From: Eledone cirrhosa
Taxonomy: Eukaryota
Assembly: GCA_964016885.1 (NCBI GenBank)
Contig: OZ024763.1
Location: forward strand, 10,974,001 to 11,038,000
DNA length: 64,000 bases
Reading direction: 5' to 3'
Position numbers and translations under genes: made by a program. This document shows positions 1-12,514 of the stretch, in pieces (the stretch's first letter is position 1; each line of letters starts with the position of its first letter). Below the pieces are notes generated by a model. That model saw only the letters and a list, made by a program, of their open reading frames with translations, had not been told where the DNA came from and did no database searches.

Positions 1-330
1 TGTATGAGCAAGACAAGGTCAGCCGACCGGACACACACTACCCACAACAGGACAACCCATCTAACCCATGCTAGCGTGGAAGAACGGACGTAAAACGGAG
101 ATGATGATGATGATGATAAAGCAGTTGTGGTGCAGGGAGTCCCATATTTTCTATATCAATATAAAGTTGTGTGTGTATATAGATATATGGTTGGCGTTAG
201 GAAGAGCATCCAGCTATAGAAACAGTGCTATATGAGTAAGACACGGCCACCTGACCCAACTTGCCGCAAATGGGAGAACCCGTCTAACCCATGCTCGTGT
301 GGGAAATGGACGTTAAACGATGATGATGAT

Positions 331-364
<34 letters not shown>

Positions 365-369
<5 letters not shown>

Positions 370-495
370 GAAAAGGTAAACAGAAATAACAATACAATCG
401 GTACAGTATATGGAAGGAATATATTAGGTTAACGCTTGAAATAGCAGGAAGAGGGTCTTGATGTTTTGGACGCTAGTCCTTCATCAGAAGAAATA
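365..495 (-). mobile_element. Hammerhead-bearing ~130-bp module, family HH-A (degenerate copy)
   Basis: Minus strand CTT-CTGATGA-aGGAC-tagc-GTCC-aAAA-CA-TC-AAG followed by the same tail as 51846-51970; GAAA is mutated to AAAA; flanked by (TA)n. Confidence 0.75.
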
Positions 496-670
496 TATAT
501 TATATTATATTATATTATACGCAGGTAGATGACTAGTTTCGGGGGATTATAACTGGCAGATCTTGAAGTATCCTGAGGTAAGCACTCAACATCCTGAAGC
601 ATCTCAGATTACATCTGGTGGCCCTGGTGGCGTATATGCAGTGAGGAATAAGTATGCAAAATGGGTTTTT

Positions 671-837
671 ATTTATTCAGAAATATTCCATTACAAATGT
701 TTCGATGGGTTTGACGACTATGCAGTGTGTTGGTTCCATAGAATAAATCTGGCCTCTTCAGATGGACTTCTAAACCAACACACTGCACAGACATTAAACC
801 TGTCGAGACATTTGGAATGGAAAATTTCTCAATAAAT
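671..837. repeat. Imperfect ~65-bp-arm inverted repeat containing a minus-strand hammerhead-like motif
   Basis: Arm atttattcagaaatattccattacaaatgtttcga...tgcagtgtgttggtt pairs with aaccaacacactgca...tcgagacatttggaatggaaaatttctcaataaat. Minus strand: TCCAT-CTGAAGA-...-GAAA-CATTTG-TA-ATGGA. Confidence 0.75.
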
Positions 838-1231
838 TGTTGCATTCCTTTGTCATCTTTTCTGTGAGGTTTAATGTTTTAATATCAGCTCTGATTACCT
901 TTGTTCAGGTTTTTCCTCTTCTGCAGCACCCTTCCACCCTGGGAAGGCTCTATGTGTACCCCATTCACCCAAATAAAATTATTTCAACTTACAGTTTAGC
1001 AAGTAAACAAACCTAGTTTTTGAAACTTCTTGCACTGACCTACACTAAGAAAATTACTAAGCCTGCATTTTCCACTACACAGTCCACACTCATCCATACC
1101 AAATCATATAATAGGTAAAAAGAAAACCATTCTCTCCACTGCTTTGGATATTTCCACAAAGATGTTTAGAGATATATTTATTGATTGCAGGAAATTATTA
1201 TATATTTAATTTACCATATATCCACGAATAT

Positions 1232-1601
1232 AAGTGTCTTGCTCAAGGACACAATACATCCCCCGGTCATTCAATTCTCAGACCAGGTGATGTGTTGTGT
1301 CCTTGAGCAAGACACTTTATTTCACATTGCTCCAGTTTACTCAGCTGTAGAAATGAGATGATAGGACTGGGGTCCCTATCATTCCACTGCAAAGTGGTCG
1401 TGGAGGTGCCACGGCAAAAAAGCACCTAGCCCACACTGTAAATTGGACATGTAGGCGCCACGGAAAAAAAGCACCCAGCACTCACTGTAAATGAGGTTGG
1501 TGTTAGGAAGGGCATCCAGCTGTAGAAATAAAGCCAGAATCAGTTCCTGTCCCACCCTTGCAAGCAGGGAAAAGCGGACGTAAAATGATGATGATGATGA
1601 T
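1232..1601 (+). mobile_element. tRNA/CORE-type SINE family A, 5'-truncated, with inverted duplication of the CORE segment at its 5' end
   Basis: aagtgtcttgctcaaggacacaa (from 1232) is the reverse complement of ttgtgtccttgagcaagacactt (ending ~1317). The body matches 24392-24730; (GAT)n tail. Confidence 0.85.
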
Positions 1602-1849
1602 AAGCTGACCCCCCTATTTTATATCTGAGAAATGGTCAACAACAAATCATATCGCACAGTCCTTTGCATGGATTAACAAGGGAGGAGTTCAGGTCTTATA
1701 TAGACGAGCCTGTTCAAAAAATATATTGCAGTCTCCATCACATGCTACAAAAACTAGTGATGGGCCTGCAACCTGTCCTGGGAGGCATGGTATGGACATA
1801 CAAAGATTGCGTATTCCAAGACCCCAAAGAAGATTTGGAAAGGAGCAAA

Positions 1850-3100
1850 CTGTAACCATTAGAACCTGCAACATCACAACCCTTGCAGTTAAGGAGCAGG
1901 AACCAGTGGAAGAGGCCAGATGCTAATCGATAAATATAGTTTCCTCAACAAAGTTCCATAGCTCTGATACTGTAAATTTTGATGGAGGATGGAAACTCCA
2001 CTATCCAAGTGTGGCGCCAGAAATAACTGCACAAGCAGGAGTGTGGAGACTCACAAGCCCTTGGCAGTCAGAATGTGTTATGGACTGGATTCCATTGGGA
2101 GGGAAGATTTGTCTCTTGAAGCTTGGTCGATAGATAAGTCTCGATAAACAGCTTTTTGTTGCCCTGATGTCTATAGGAAAGCCCTAGTATTTGTGTCAGA
2201 TAAACTGCGCTAAATCGAAACCATTTAATGTGGAATCTGACTCAAACATAGGTGCATACTATCACCTCTCCTGCTCATAATCTTCATGAACAGGATTGAC
2301 ATGCACAGCCAGGCTGGAAGTGGTATCACGACTGGCAGGCGTAGAATCAGTTGGCTGAAATTTGCAGACATGGTACTACTTAACTTGTCAGAAGATAATC
2401 TCCAACATGCACTTGAGAGGTTTGATGCCAAGTGCTGCATGGCTGGAATGAAAATCAGTGCTGCAAAAACTGAGACACTCATCCTCTCAAGGAAGCTTGG
2501 AAAGTGTATTCTACATGAGTGGAGATCCACTGAAGCAGGTGGAGAAGTAGAAATGTCTCAGGACAGTTTACAAGTGATGGAAGGCAGGAGGGTGTAAGAA
2601 TTGCAGGAGCTGGTGTAGTAATGTGTCAGCTTCAGCATTCAGTCATGAGAAGGGAGGTAGGTGTCAAAGCCAAACTTGCTATCTTCAATTCTGTATTCAT
2701 GCCAACCCTTACATATGGCCATGAATCTTGGATAATAACCGAAAGACTACGATCGCGAATACAAGTGGCTGAAATGGGATTCCTTCAAAGAGTCTTTGGA
2801 GTAACGTTACTTGACAGAGTACGTAGCTTGGAGATCAGAGAGTCACTCCAGGTTGTCCCACTACTTGTCCATGTGGTTAGAATGTCTTAGGAAAGAATTG
2901 CAGAACAAATGTTATAGGCATAAACAACCCAGGGGCAGACCCTGAGCAAGATGGTTGGATAACAACAATAAGCTCGGCTGGTCTCATTTGGGGATCCAGC
3001 TGGATAAATTGGAGAGAGTTGCTTGTGACAGGACCCGCTGGAAGGAGTGTTTAAGGACTAGGTCTCCATGACCTTCCCAGAGATAAGTGGGAGAAGATGG
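1850..3100 (+). mobile_element. Degenerate RTE-clade (Expander/Rex3-like) LINE, internally deleted
   Basis: APE endonuclease N-terminal remnant TIRTCNITTLAVKEQEPVEEA; RT remnants LSPLLLIIFMNRID...FADMVLL...GMKISAAKTE; C-terminal PTLTYGHESWIITERLRSRIQVAEMGFL; many stops and frameshifts. Confidence 0.85.
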
Positions 3101-3164
3101 AGATATAGTGAATACACAAGCTATATATAGAATATATATACATGTCATAGAGAAAATATAAGCT

Positions 3165-3300
3165 ATGTATATGCAAAAATTAAACAGAAATAACAAAGCA
3201 AATGATACAGTACAATGAAGTAATATATTAGTTTAACGCTTGATATAGTAGGAAAAGGGTCTTAATATTTTGGATACTTGTCTTTCATCAGGAGAGAATG
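3165..3300 (-). mobile_element. HH-A module, degenerate copy
   Basis: Minus strand cctgatgaaagacaagtatccaaaatattaagacccttttcc plus family tail (aagcgttaaactaatatatt...tactgtatc...ttatttctgttta). Confidence 0.65.
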
Positions 3301-3794
3301 AGAAAAGATGAATCAAATATAGAGTGAGAAGAGGAAGGAATGGGGGGAAAAATAGTCAAAATATAAGCTATATGTGTGCATGTGTACCTGTATGTAGCTA
3401 TAATTTTCATATAATTAGTAATATAAGTAATATTTTTATATTTTAATTACTTTTCTACCTTTTATTAAAATATATAACTAATGTTTCTGTAATATTTTCA
3501 CATAAGTGTGCCCTGGGAGAGGGTTTTTTCGCATCTTATTTCCATCGGGCTTTTTACAGAACAGCGAAACCCAGATTTTTTTTTTTTTTCTGATTTATTT
3601 TTACTTCTTTATAATATATACTAGGATTTTTTCAACATGCTGACGAATATGTGTATGTGTGTGTGCGTGTATGTGTATATGCATACATTTCCATACACAC
3701 AAGTGTGTATTAAAATACATCAAAACTTAATAGGATACTCAATGAATTATGTAATCTTACATTTAATACAGATTATCTCTAGTTTTAAGTTTTG

Positions 3795-3834
3795 ATATAT
3801 CTCAGTGCACACTTATGTGTGCACTGAGATATAT
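3795..3834. repeat. Perfect 18-bp-stem hairpin
   Basis: atatatctcagtgcacac-ttat-gtgtgcactgagatatat. Confidence 0.9.
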
Positions 3835-4494
3835 TTCATTCACTTCTTTATAATGATAAAGGCTCAATTTTATTCTCTCTTGAGCTGTCTTTTGAGACAA
3901 GACATATGTTTGATTTTGTATCATTCATGACATCCTTTATTTTGAATGTAATAATAATATGTATGAGTATATAAATATAAATTCCAGACCCATGATAGCG
4001 TGGAAAATGGACGTTAAACGATAATGAAATGAGCAAACACACTTACAAAAATACACTCTCAAACAAACATTCAAAAAAACACACACATACACGCATTTAC
4101 ACAAACACACACAGACACTCTCACACAGCGTAGCAAATGGAACACCAGCCACTGTTTTGCTATAGTTTTTTCAGCATCTGCTTCCTTTAACACAAACAGT
4201 AAGATGGACGGAAGTCGCTCAAATTATATATATGTATTATATACATACACACATATACACACATATATATATATATGCTATAGTGAAAAAATAAGCTCTA
4301 TGCCTATATATATATATATATATTATGAGCGAGACACGGTCACCTGACCCAACTTGCCTCTACACAGGACCCTTCTAACCCATGATAGACGTTAATCGAT
4401 GATGATATATATACATATTACATTGATATATATATATATTACATATATTACATATTGATATATATACATACATATTACATTGATATATATATAT

Positions 4495-4765
4495 ATTGTT
4501 TCTTTGAGCAAGACTCTTTATTTCACATTGCTCCAGTTTCCTCAGCTGTAGAAATGAGATGATAGGGACTGGGGTCCCTATCATTCCACTGCAAAGTGGT
4601 CGTGGAGGTGCCACGGCAAAAAAGCACCCAGCACTCACTGTAAATGAGGTTGGTGTTAGGAAGGGCATCCAGCTGTAGAAATCAAGCCAGAATCAGTTCC
4701 CGTCCCACCCTTGAAAGCAGGGAAAAAGCGGACGTAAAATGAAATGATGAAATGAAATGATGATA
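4495..4765 (+). mobile_element. SINE family A, 5'-truncated
   Basis: CORE-like ttgagcaagactctttatttcacattgctccag, body identical in structure to 24392-24730, (GAAAT)n tail. Confidence 0.85.
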
Positions 4766-4989
4766 CATATTACATTGAAAATATAGGCTGCCTGTAAAAT
4801 CATATCATCAGCATTTAACAGCCATTTTCCATACTTGCATGGATTAGACGAGCTACTCTCTTTATGAGAGAAGCCTGGCCCCTTGGCCACACTGTACCTT
4901 GCTCAGACGGTACTGTAAATTTGGCTGGGGTTTTTACAACTGGATACTCTTCCTAACATCAACCACATTTACAGTGTGAAACTGGATGG

Positions 4990-5380
4990 CATTGTTATGA
5001 GGAGGCACAGACCAGCTGGCCGCACCATACCCTGCTTACAGTGGAACCATAGTTTGGGAACAGGGTGGTCTGACAAAGAGCAAACTCTGGCCAGTTGGTT
5101 GCACTAAGCCTTACTCATAGTGGAGCCATGTTACTGGGTGGACCTGTTATGAGCCAAGTCAGGCTAGATGGCCGCGCCATAATTTGTACAATATCGGGAC
5201 TTTTGCTGTGTTTTGGGATCTAGGTAGTCCCATTGTGAGGGAGGTCTGGCCAGTTGGCAGCACCAACCCCTACTCACAGTGGATCCCTGGGTGGCACTGT
5301 TATGAGGAGGGTTTGGTCAGTTAGCCATGCTGTACCCTGCTCACATCGGAACTATAATTTGGGATCTGGGTGGTCCCACT
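4990..5380 (+). repeat. Degenerate tandem repeat, ~70-80 bp unit, ~5 copies
   Basis: Recurrent tgttatgaggagg..ggccagttggc..cacc..accct.ctcacagtgga.c...tttgggatc.gggtggtc motif. Confidence 0.6.
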
Positions 5381-5433
5381 AATATGCATATTATAGTGAG
5401 AATATAAACTATATGTAGAATGTATATAATATA

Positions 5434-6960
5434 TCATCATCATCACCGTTTTATGTCCATTCTTCCATGCTAGCATGGGTTAGACAGGTTGTCCTGTTGT
5501 GGGCAGTGCCCGGTCGGCTGACCATGCCTTGCTCATACAGGAACTGATTTGGCTTGATTTCTACAGCTGGATGCCCTTCCTAACACCAACCTCATTTACA
5601 GTGAGTGCTGGGTGCTTTTTTGCTGTGGCACCTCCACGACCACTTTGCAGTGGAATGATAGGGACCCCAGTCATTCCCACTTGAGGCAAGACTGGTTGTC
5701 CTGCTCGTATAGGACTGTCTGGCGGGTTTTCTACGGCTGGATGCCCTTCCTAACACCAACCTCATTTACATTGTGGACTGGGAGGTTTTTACCGTGTTAC
5801 CTACACGGCCACATTACAGCGTGGACTGTGTGTTTTTTTGTCGTGACACCTACACAACCTCATTTGTTTCGGACTGGATGTTGTGGTACCAACATAACTT
5901 TACATCGAAAGAGGTGGTGTGGATGCGATGGGGGTAGTGGGACGGGGATGTATTTTGGTTAAGAGGTGCCTACTGACTATAGGTTTCGCTTTGTACTTAG
6001 GCAAGGCAGGTCTTCTGTATTACTGTGTAGCACCAAAGATCTCGGTCCAGTGACATTGTCTTGGAGAGGTGTAAGTGTATGAGGTCGGAATTTATCAAGT
6101 CGTCCGAGGTTTTTCTGGGTCTGCCTACTCCGTGGCTACCGTCTATTTTGATCTCCCTGCACTTTTTTATACAGCTGTCGTCTTTCATGCGCATCACGTG
6201 ACCATACCAACGTAGTCTTCTCTCGAGTAAACAACATCTGATTCCTCTTATTCCTAATTTCTCCCTTAGTTCATTTATGCTTTGCCGTTCACGTATATTA
6301 CTATTACACATCCAACGGAGCATGCAAGCTTCGTTCCTCTCCAGTCTGCTTATATCCTCTGCACACAATGCCCAAGTCTCACTGCCATGTAACATTGCTG
6401 TTCGTATGCAGGCATCATACAGTCTGCCTTTCATTTTTAGGGAGAAACCTTTAGTGGCCAACAGCGGTATAAGCTCTCTGAACTTTTTCCATCCCGTTCT
6501 GACTCTAGCTACTGTACTTTCAGAACACCCTCCACCACTGCTGATTTTGTCACCCAGGTAACGGAAGGTGTCCACTATTTCTATAGAACCATCTGTGCAA
6601 TGGAATGAGCTAGTATTCTGTGGGCACTTGCTGCTACTTATTGCACCTGAGCACCGGCCACATATAAAATCTATATTCTTAGTTAGCTTACCTGTGATCC
6701 CACTACATCTTTTATGCACCAACTTTTACGCTAAACTCTTCACTATATTCGTTGTTAATTCTAACCTTGTTGACTGTTTCTTTTTACATGGCTTGTATAG
6801 CTCTCACAAGCCATTCATCAACACCTAGTTTTCTAAGAGCCCACCAGATAATAGAGCGGGGTACTTTGTCAAAGGCTTTCTCCAAGTCAACAAAAGCTAA
6901 GTATAGGGGTTTACTTTTAGCTAGGTACTTCTCCTGTAGTTGTCGTACAATGAAAAGAGC
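5434..6960 (-). mobile_element. RTE/RTE-X-type LINE 3' fragment with 3' UTR, abutting a SINE-A/tail chimera
   Basis: RT remnant LQEKYLAKSKPLYLAFVDLEKAFDKVPRSIIWWALRKLG (6960-6725) is joined to ORF 5997-6722 (VHKRCSG...FICGRC...FRYLGDKI...MLHGSETW...RRLRWYGHVMR...GRPRKT). The catalytic YADD region is deleted, apparently at a GTGCA microhomology. Confidence 0.9.
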
Positions 6961-7171
6961 GAATATATAAACATGGTTGGTGTTAGGAAGGTCATCCAGC
7001 TGTAAAATACCCAGCCAAATTTACAGTCCTTGCTGGAGCAACACATGGTCAACCCTGGCCAGAGTTGCCTCTCGGCCTGGACAACCCGTCTAACCCATGC
7101 AAGCGTGAAAAAACTGACGCTAAACGGAAATGAATATGATGATTACATACATATACATATATATATATATA

Positions 7172-7380
7172 TGACAGTCGATTGACTTTCGTCAAATCGG
7201 ACCGAGGAAACAATGTTTCCATTGGTCTTTCCAATTGATAATACTATCTATCGGTCGCAACTCCAGGTAGAAGGAGCAACGTGAAATAAAGTGTCTTGCT
7301 CAAGGACTCAACACATTGTCCGGTCCGGGAAGTGAACGCACAACCTCACGATTGCGAATCCAATTCTCAAACCAATAGTG
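7172..7380 (-). mobile_element. tRNA/CORE-type SINE family C
   Basis: Reverse complement of 17520-17745 (head, cttgagcaagacactttatttcacgttg, then ctacctggagttgcgaccgatagat...ggtccgatttgacgaaagtc). Confidence 0.8.
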
Positions 7381-7643
7381 CAACACCCGTTGAATTATTT
7401 CAGCCTCTAAGCACTCAATGATGTGAGAAATTAATTTCTCCATGAGAGTGAACACATTAAGATATATGAGAGACCATGAATAATATATAGACCAGGTGTT
7501 TACAGTCACAGTATATAATACCAACAGGAAATAAATAAATATATCATCATCATCATCTTTACGACCGTTTTTCCATGCTTGCATAGGTTGGATAGGTCTG
7601 TCACAGCACACTACCTCTCCACTCACTGCATTTCACCCCCCCT

Positions 7644-7718
<75 letters not shown>

Positions 7719-8586
7719 CATCATTGTCGTTTATCATCCATGTTCCACGCTAGCATGGGTTGGACAGGTTTGTCCGACTTGAGGCAAGATTGATCGGGGG
7801 ACCGTGTCTCACTCGTATAGAACTATATATATATATAATATAATCTGTGTGTGTGTGTATATGTGTGTGCAAGCATGTGTTACAGAGAAACACAACTGTG
7901 CTTTTAGTTTGATCATTTTTATTAAGGATCATTGTATATTTCCCCAGTTCTTTATACAAAATTTGAAACAACAATACCCCTTAATTCATGTGTTTATTGA
8001 CAATTCAACAACTTCACAGCCCCATCTTTAGAACCAGGAAGGTCACACCAATGGTGTATTGGTCAATATTAATACAGTGATCTAAGAAATCTTACTTTTC
8101 CAAACTAAATACAGACAATGTCAAGGGCGGTGCCCCAGCATGGCCTCAACCGGATGACTGGAACAGGTAGAAGAGTAACTAATAAGAAAAGTAAAACCTT
8201 AATAAAAATTATCAGACCTGGAACTCAGTTGTGTTTTCAATATATTTTCCCTATTAGCAAGGATTGGTCAGGTCTACAGAGACCAAGTCAGTACTGAAGC
8301 AGAGTCATTGATCTCCCAGGCACTCCAGGGATCTGTGTTTTGCTTTATGTACAGTTGATGCTCCACTGAGTGCACAGAAGAGGTTATGTCTTTGACACAA
8401 CTAAGGGTCCTCCCAACCCTTTGTCTGGCAAGCTTTCTATGGCTGTCACCAACCACTTTACAGAGTGTACAAAATTACCAGACAGGTAGATTGCTAGCAA
8501 AGCCAATTAATACAAGAAAGCATCACTTGCATCTTTTCCTTGGTTGTTCTGTATATTAGTAACAAAAAACCTTACATACACACACA

Positions 8587-8624
<38 letters not shown>

Positions 8625-8627
8625 AAA

Positions 8628-8975
8628 GGGGTAAAGGATAAAGACCCTCTTTGGTCATGAAGGACCATGGGATTTGCACTTAGAAAGTTCCCCTCCATGG
8701 CTCAAATCTGAGCAAGGTTGTTTGTGGAAGAACAGCAGTCACCCATACATACCAGTCTCCCCTCTCCACGCCACCAATGTTGTCCAAGGGAAAGGCAATG
8801 GCCGATACAGCTTGACATCTGTGACGTTGCAACTCATTTTTACAGCCGAGTGAACTGGAGCAACGTGAAATAAAATGTCTTGCTCAAGGACAACGCATTA
8901 CCTTGTCTGAGAATCAAACTCACAACGCCCCGATTAAAAGCCCAAAGCTCTAACCACTAAGCCATGTGCCTTCAC
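8628..8975 (-). mobile_element. tRNA/CORE-type SINE family B
   Basis: Minus-strand head gtgaaggcacatggcttagtggttagagc (A box), CORE-like segment, tail homologous to 19925-20222. Confidence 0.8.
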
Positions 8976-9318
8976 ATATATATATATATACACACTCACA
9001 CACATACATACATATATATATATTGACGAGTTTATAGGAAATATATATGCTATAATCTTGATTGCCCATAATTACTCAAAAAGATATGGTTTAGACGTAT
9101 ATTAAGCAAATGTGTCTCAGAGTGCTAATAAAATATATATTTGTAATGTGGCAGTTGCATGTGGTTGTCTGCACATATATGGAGCACCAATACATATTAA
9201 TCTAAGCCGAGCCAGATACCGCTCCGTATGCAAATGAGCTTCACCAGTTCATATACATAAGCAAAAAATTTATAAGATTCTACTTTATTTTAACCTCAGC
9301 AGAAGTAGGGAGATATGC

Positions 9319-9364
9319 AGTCTTGATAAACACTAACGAGCATGAAACAACGCGTTGTCGATTA
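9319..9364 (+). ncRNA. Decayed hammerhead motif
   Basis: AGTC-tTGATaA-acact-aacg-agcat-GAAA-CAACGCGTTG-TC-GATT. Palindromic stem III is intact; core and stem II carry transition mutations. Confidence 0.5.
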
Positions 9365-9555
9365 CTTCCCCTTGCTTGTGCCGAGGTGTATTTCATAGTG
9401 AAAGGCTTTCAAATGTTTTTCATAAACAACTCGTATGTTATTCAATATACAATACCTACATATATAGCACTATGTCAGAGCACCATTACAAATTTCGAGC
9501 ACAACAAATTATATATATATATATATACATACATACAATGTATATATATATATAT

Positions 9556-9923
9556 ATAATTGTTTCTTCTTTTTTGGCACAAGGCCAGCAATTATCCCAG
9601 TGCATTACTGATGCTTTATTTTATCGACCCCGTAAGGACGAAAGGTAAAGTTAATCTCGGTGGGATTTTAACTGAGAACGTAAAGCGACATAACTCTATA
9701 CTACAAAGCATGGTATGAATATATAGACGCGCGGCTAGAGAATTGCATTCACAATCGTGAGGTTGTGCATTTGATTCCTGTACCAGGTGATGCGTTATAT
9801 CCTTGGGCAAGACACTTTATTTCACGTTGCTTTTTCTACCTGGAGTTGCGACCGATAGATGGTATTAGTAATTGGAAACATTGTTTCTTCGGTCCGATTT
9901 GATGAAAGTCGATCGACTGTCGA
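9556..9923. mobile_element. Back-to-back SINE fragments: family D (minus, 9556-9710) and family C (plus, 9727-9923)
   Basis: Homology to 22165-22350 and 17520-17745 respectively. Confidence 0.75.
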
Positions 9924-10269
9924 TATATCATCATCATCATCTTCGTTTTTTCCACGCTAGTGTATATATACACACACACACACACACACAATATATATAT
10001 ATGTCTAAAAGACAAGGTGAGGTGTGGAAGTGATGGAAGGAGAGAGGGGCTAAGGAGACACATAGATGGCATCATATATTCGCAGTGATTCAGGTGGGGC
10101 GAGGTGGAATTGTTAGTATATTGGGAGGGAGGGAGGGCTGTGGAATGTTATCTGTCTTTTATGAATTGTATCATCGTCTGAGGTGAGGGAGAGGGGTTCA
10201 CAGAGGGAGGAGGTAGATTAATATGGGCTTTAGATGGAAAGGGGGATGTGATAGAATTATGGTTTTATA

Positions 10270-11680
10270 TATAGAGGGTGGTGGTGGTATTATTAGGGAT
10301 GATGGGGTTGATAGTAGTGGTGGTGGTGGTAGTAGTAGTGGTAATGCAAGTGATAGTAGCAGTGGTGGTGGTAATGGTAGTAGCAGTGGTGGTGGTGGTG
10401 ATGATGATAGTGATGATAATGATGGTGGTGGTGGTGGTGATAGTGGTGGTGGTGGCGCTGATGGTGGTGGTGGTGATAGTGATGATAGTGATGGTGGTGG
10501 TGATAGTGATGGTGATGGTGGTGGTGGTGATGGTTTTATTAGTGATGATGGGGGTGATAGTAGTAATGGTGATGGCTATGGTTGTGGTGGAATGTTTCAA
10601 TTTTTATGTATAGGGGTGTGTGGGGATAGACTGGTATAATTTATTTTAATGTTAAGAGGGGTAGGGTAGGATTTCCTTGGGGTGTGGGAGAAGGGGTTTT
10701 CTTTTAACTACCATTTTATTTTTATGGATGGGGTTGTATATTCTTTTATACTTTTCAATATCTATTTTTTTCCCTCCTGTCATCAAAGTAATTTAATTAT
10801 TCTACACCACCACCACCACCACTACTATCACCTTTATCACCACTATTACACCACCATCAACAGTACTATCCCCACCACTACCATCATTACCACTATCACC
10901 AACACCACCATCAACACTATCACCACCACTACCATCACTACCACCACCACTACTACTATCACCACCATCAACACTACTATCACTACCATCACCACTACTA
11001 TCACCACCATCACAACCACTACCATCAACAATACTATCACAACCACCACCACCACCATCAACACTACTATCACCACCATCACCACCACCATCAACATTAC
11101 TATCACCACCACCACCATCAACACTACTATCACCACCACCACTATCAACACCACCACCACCACTACTATCACCACCACCAACACTACTATCACCACCATC
11201 AACACTACTATCACCACCATCACCACCACCACCACCACCACCAGTACTATCACCACCACCACCACTATCAACACCACCACCACCATCATCAACACTACTA
11301 TCACCACCACCACCACCACTATCAACACCACCACCACCACTATCAACACCACCACCACCACTACTATCACCACCACCACCACCACCATCAACACTACTAT
11401 CACCACCACCACCACCACTATCAACACCACCACCACCACTACTATCACCACCACCACCACCACCACCATCAACACTACTATCACCACCATCAACACTACT
11501 ATCACCACCATCACCACCACCACCACCATCAACACTACTATCACCACCATCATCAACACTACTATCACCACCACCACCACCACTATCAACACCACCACCA
11601 CCACTATCAACACCACCACCACTATCAACACCACCACCACTATCAACACCACCACCACCACCACCACCACCATCACATCT
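10270..11680. repeat. Trinucleotide low-complexity arrays: (GGT/GAT)n 10270-10590 and (ACC/ACT/ATC)n 10803-11680
   Basis: Seen directly; generates poly-T/V/G ORF artefacts. Confidence 0.95.
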
Positions 11681-11977
11681 CCCATCACCAATCTCCACTA
11701 CACCCATCCTCCTGTAGCTATTCAGGAAATAATAATAATGGTTTCTTTAACAATGATGATGTCATCATCATTATTATTATTATTATTATTATATAAACCC
11801 TTATGGTGAATAAAGAAATTATTATCATCATCATCATCACAAGAGAAATAAATGATATTGAGGGTGGGTGTGTGGCGGGGGGGGGGGGGGGGGACTGTGA
11901 CAATGTGTGTGTGTGTATATATATATATATACACACATATATATATATTATAGAAATGGCTTCTACAGGACTAGAAC

Positions 11978-12008
<31 letters not shown>

Positions 12009-12179
12009 ACATATATACAAGCGTATATATATGTACCTCTTCAGAAAATAAATTTTACACACGCACCTTACACATATTGAGTGCTCTCTCATTCAGTTAA
12101 TGTTTTAATATTTTGTATAGAATAGTGTTTTAAACACCCACTTCAGTATACGTGTGTGTATGTATATATATATATATAT

Positions 12180-12314
12180 AGTTTTAATATAGATGAGATT
12201 CTACAGGACTAGAACTGTTTCATTCATTAGAAATCATCAGGAATCAGAGATTCCTGATGATTTCTAATGAATGAAACAGTTCTAGTCCTGTAGAATCTCA
12301 TCTATATTAAAACT
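12180..12314. ncRNA. Perfect 66-bp-arm palindrome carrying two divergent hammerhead motifs (family HH-B)
   Basis: Arms 12180-12245 and 12249-12314, spacer aga. Plus copy GAGATTC-CTGATGA-tTTC-taat-GAAt-GAAA-CAG-ttctagtc-CTG-TA-GAATCTC; mirror copy on the minus strand. Confidence 0.85.
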
Positions 12315-12467
12315 GTTATACTCTGCTATGTATTGAGTACCTTACTTACTGTGGTTACCTCCGATTCAACCCGGAATAACGTATATATATATATATATAT
12401 ATATATAAGGAAAATCAGGAAAAAAGTAGAAAATGTTAATAGGATTTTCTCATGGAATAACACCAAA

Positions 12468-12514
<47 letters not shown>

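Noticed and set aside
7930-7985. Minus-strand gggtattgttgtttcaaattttgt resembling GRK exon 3 (GYLLF.DFC)
   Set aside because: Needs frameshifts, has no polypyrimidine acceptor and no further similarity; treated as chance.
9205-9250. Minus-strand ctggtga-agctc...gagc-ggta
   Set aside because: Both core segments are mutated and stems I and III are absent; too degenerate to call.
10682-11809. Thr-rich mucin-like 375-aa ORF and the poly-V/G ORFs at 10.2-15 kb
   Set aside because: Translations of trinucleotide arrays open in several frames on both strands; no splice or signal-peptide support.
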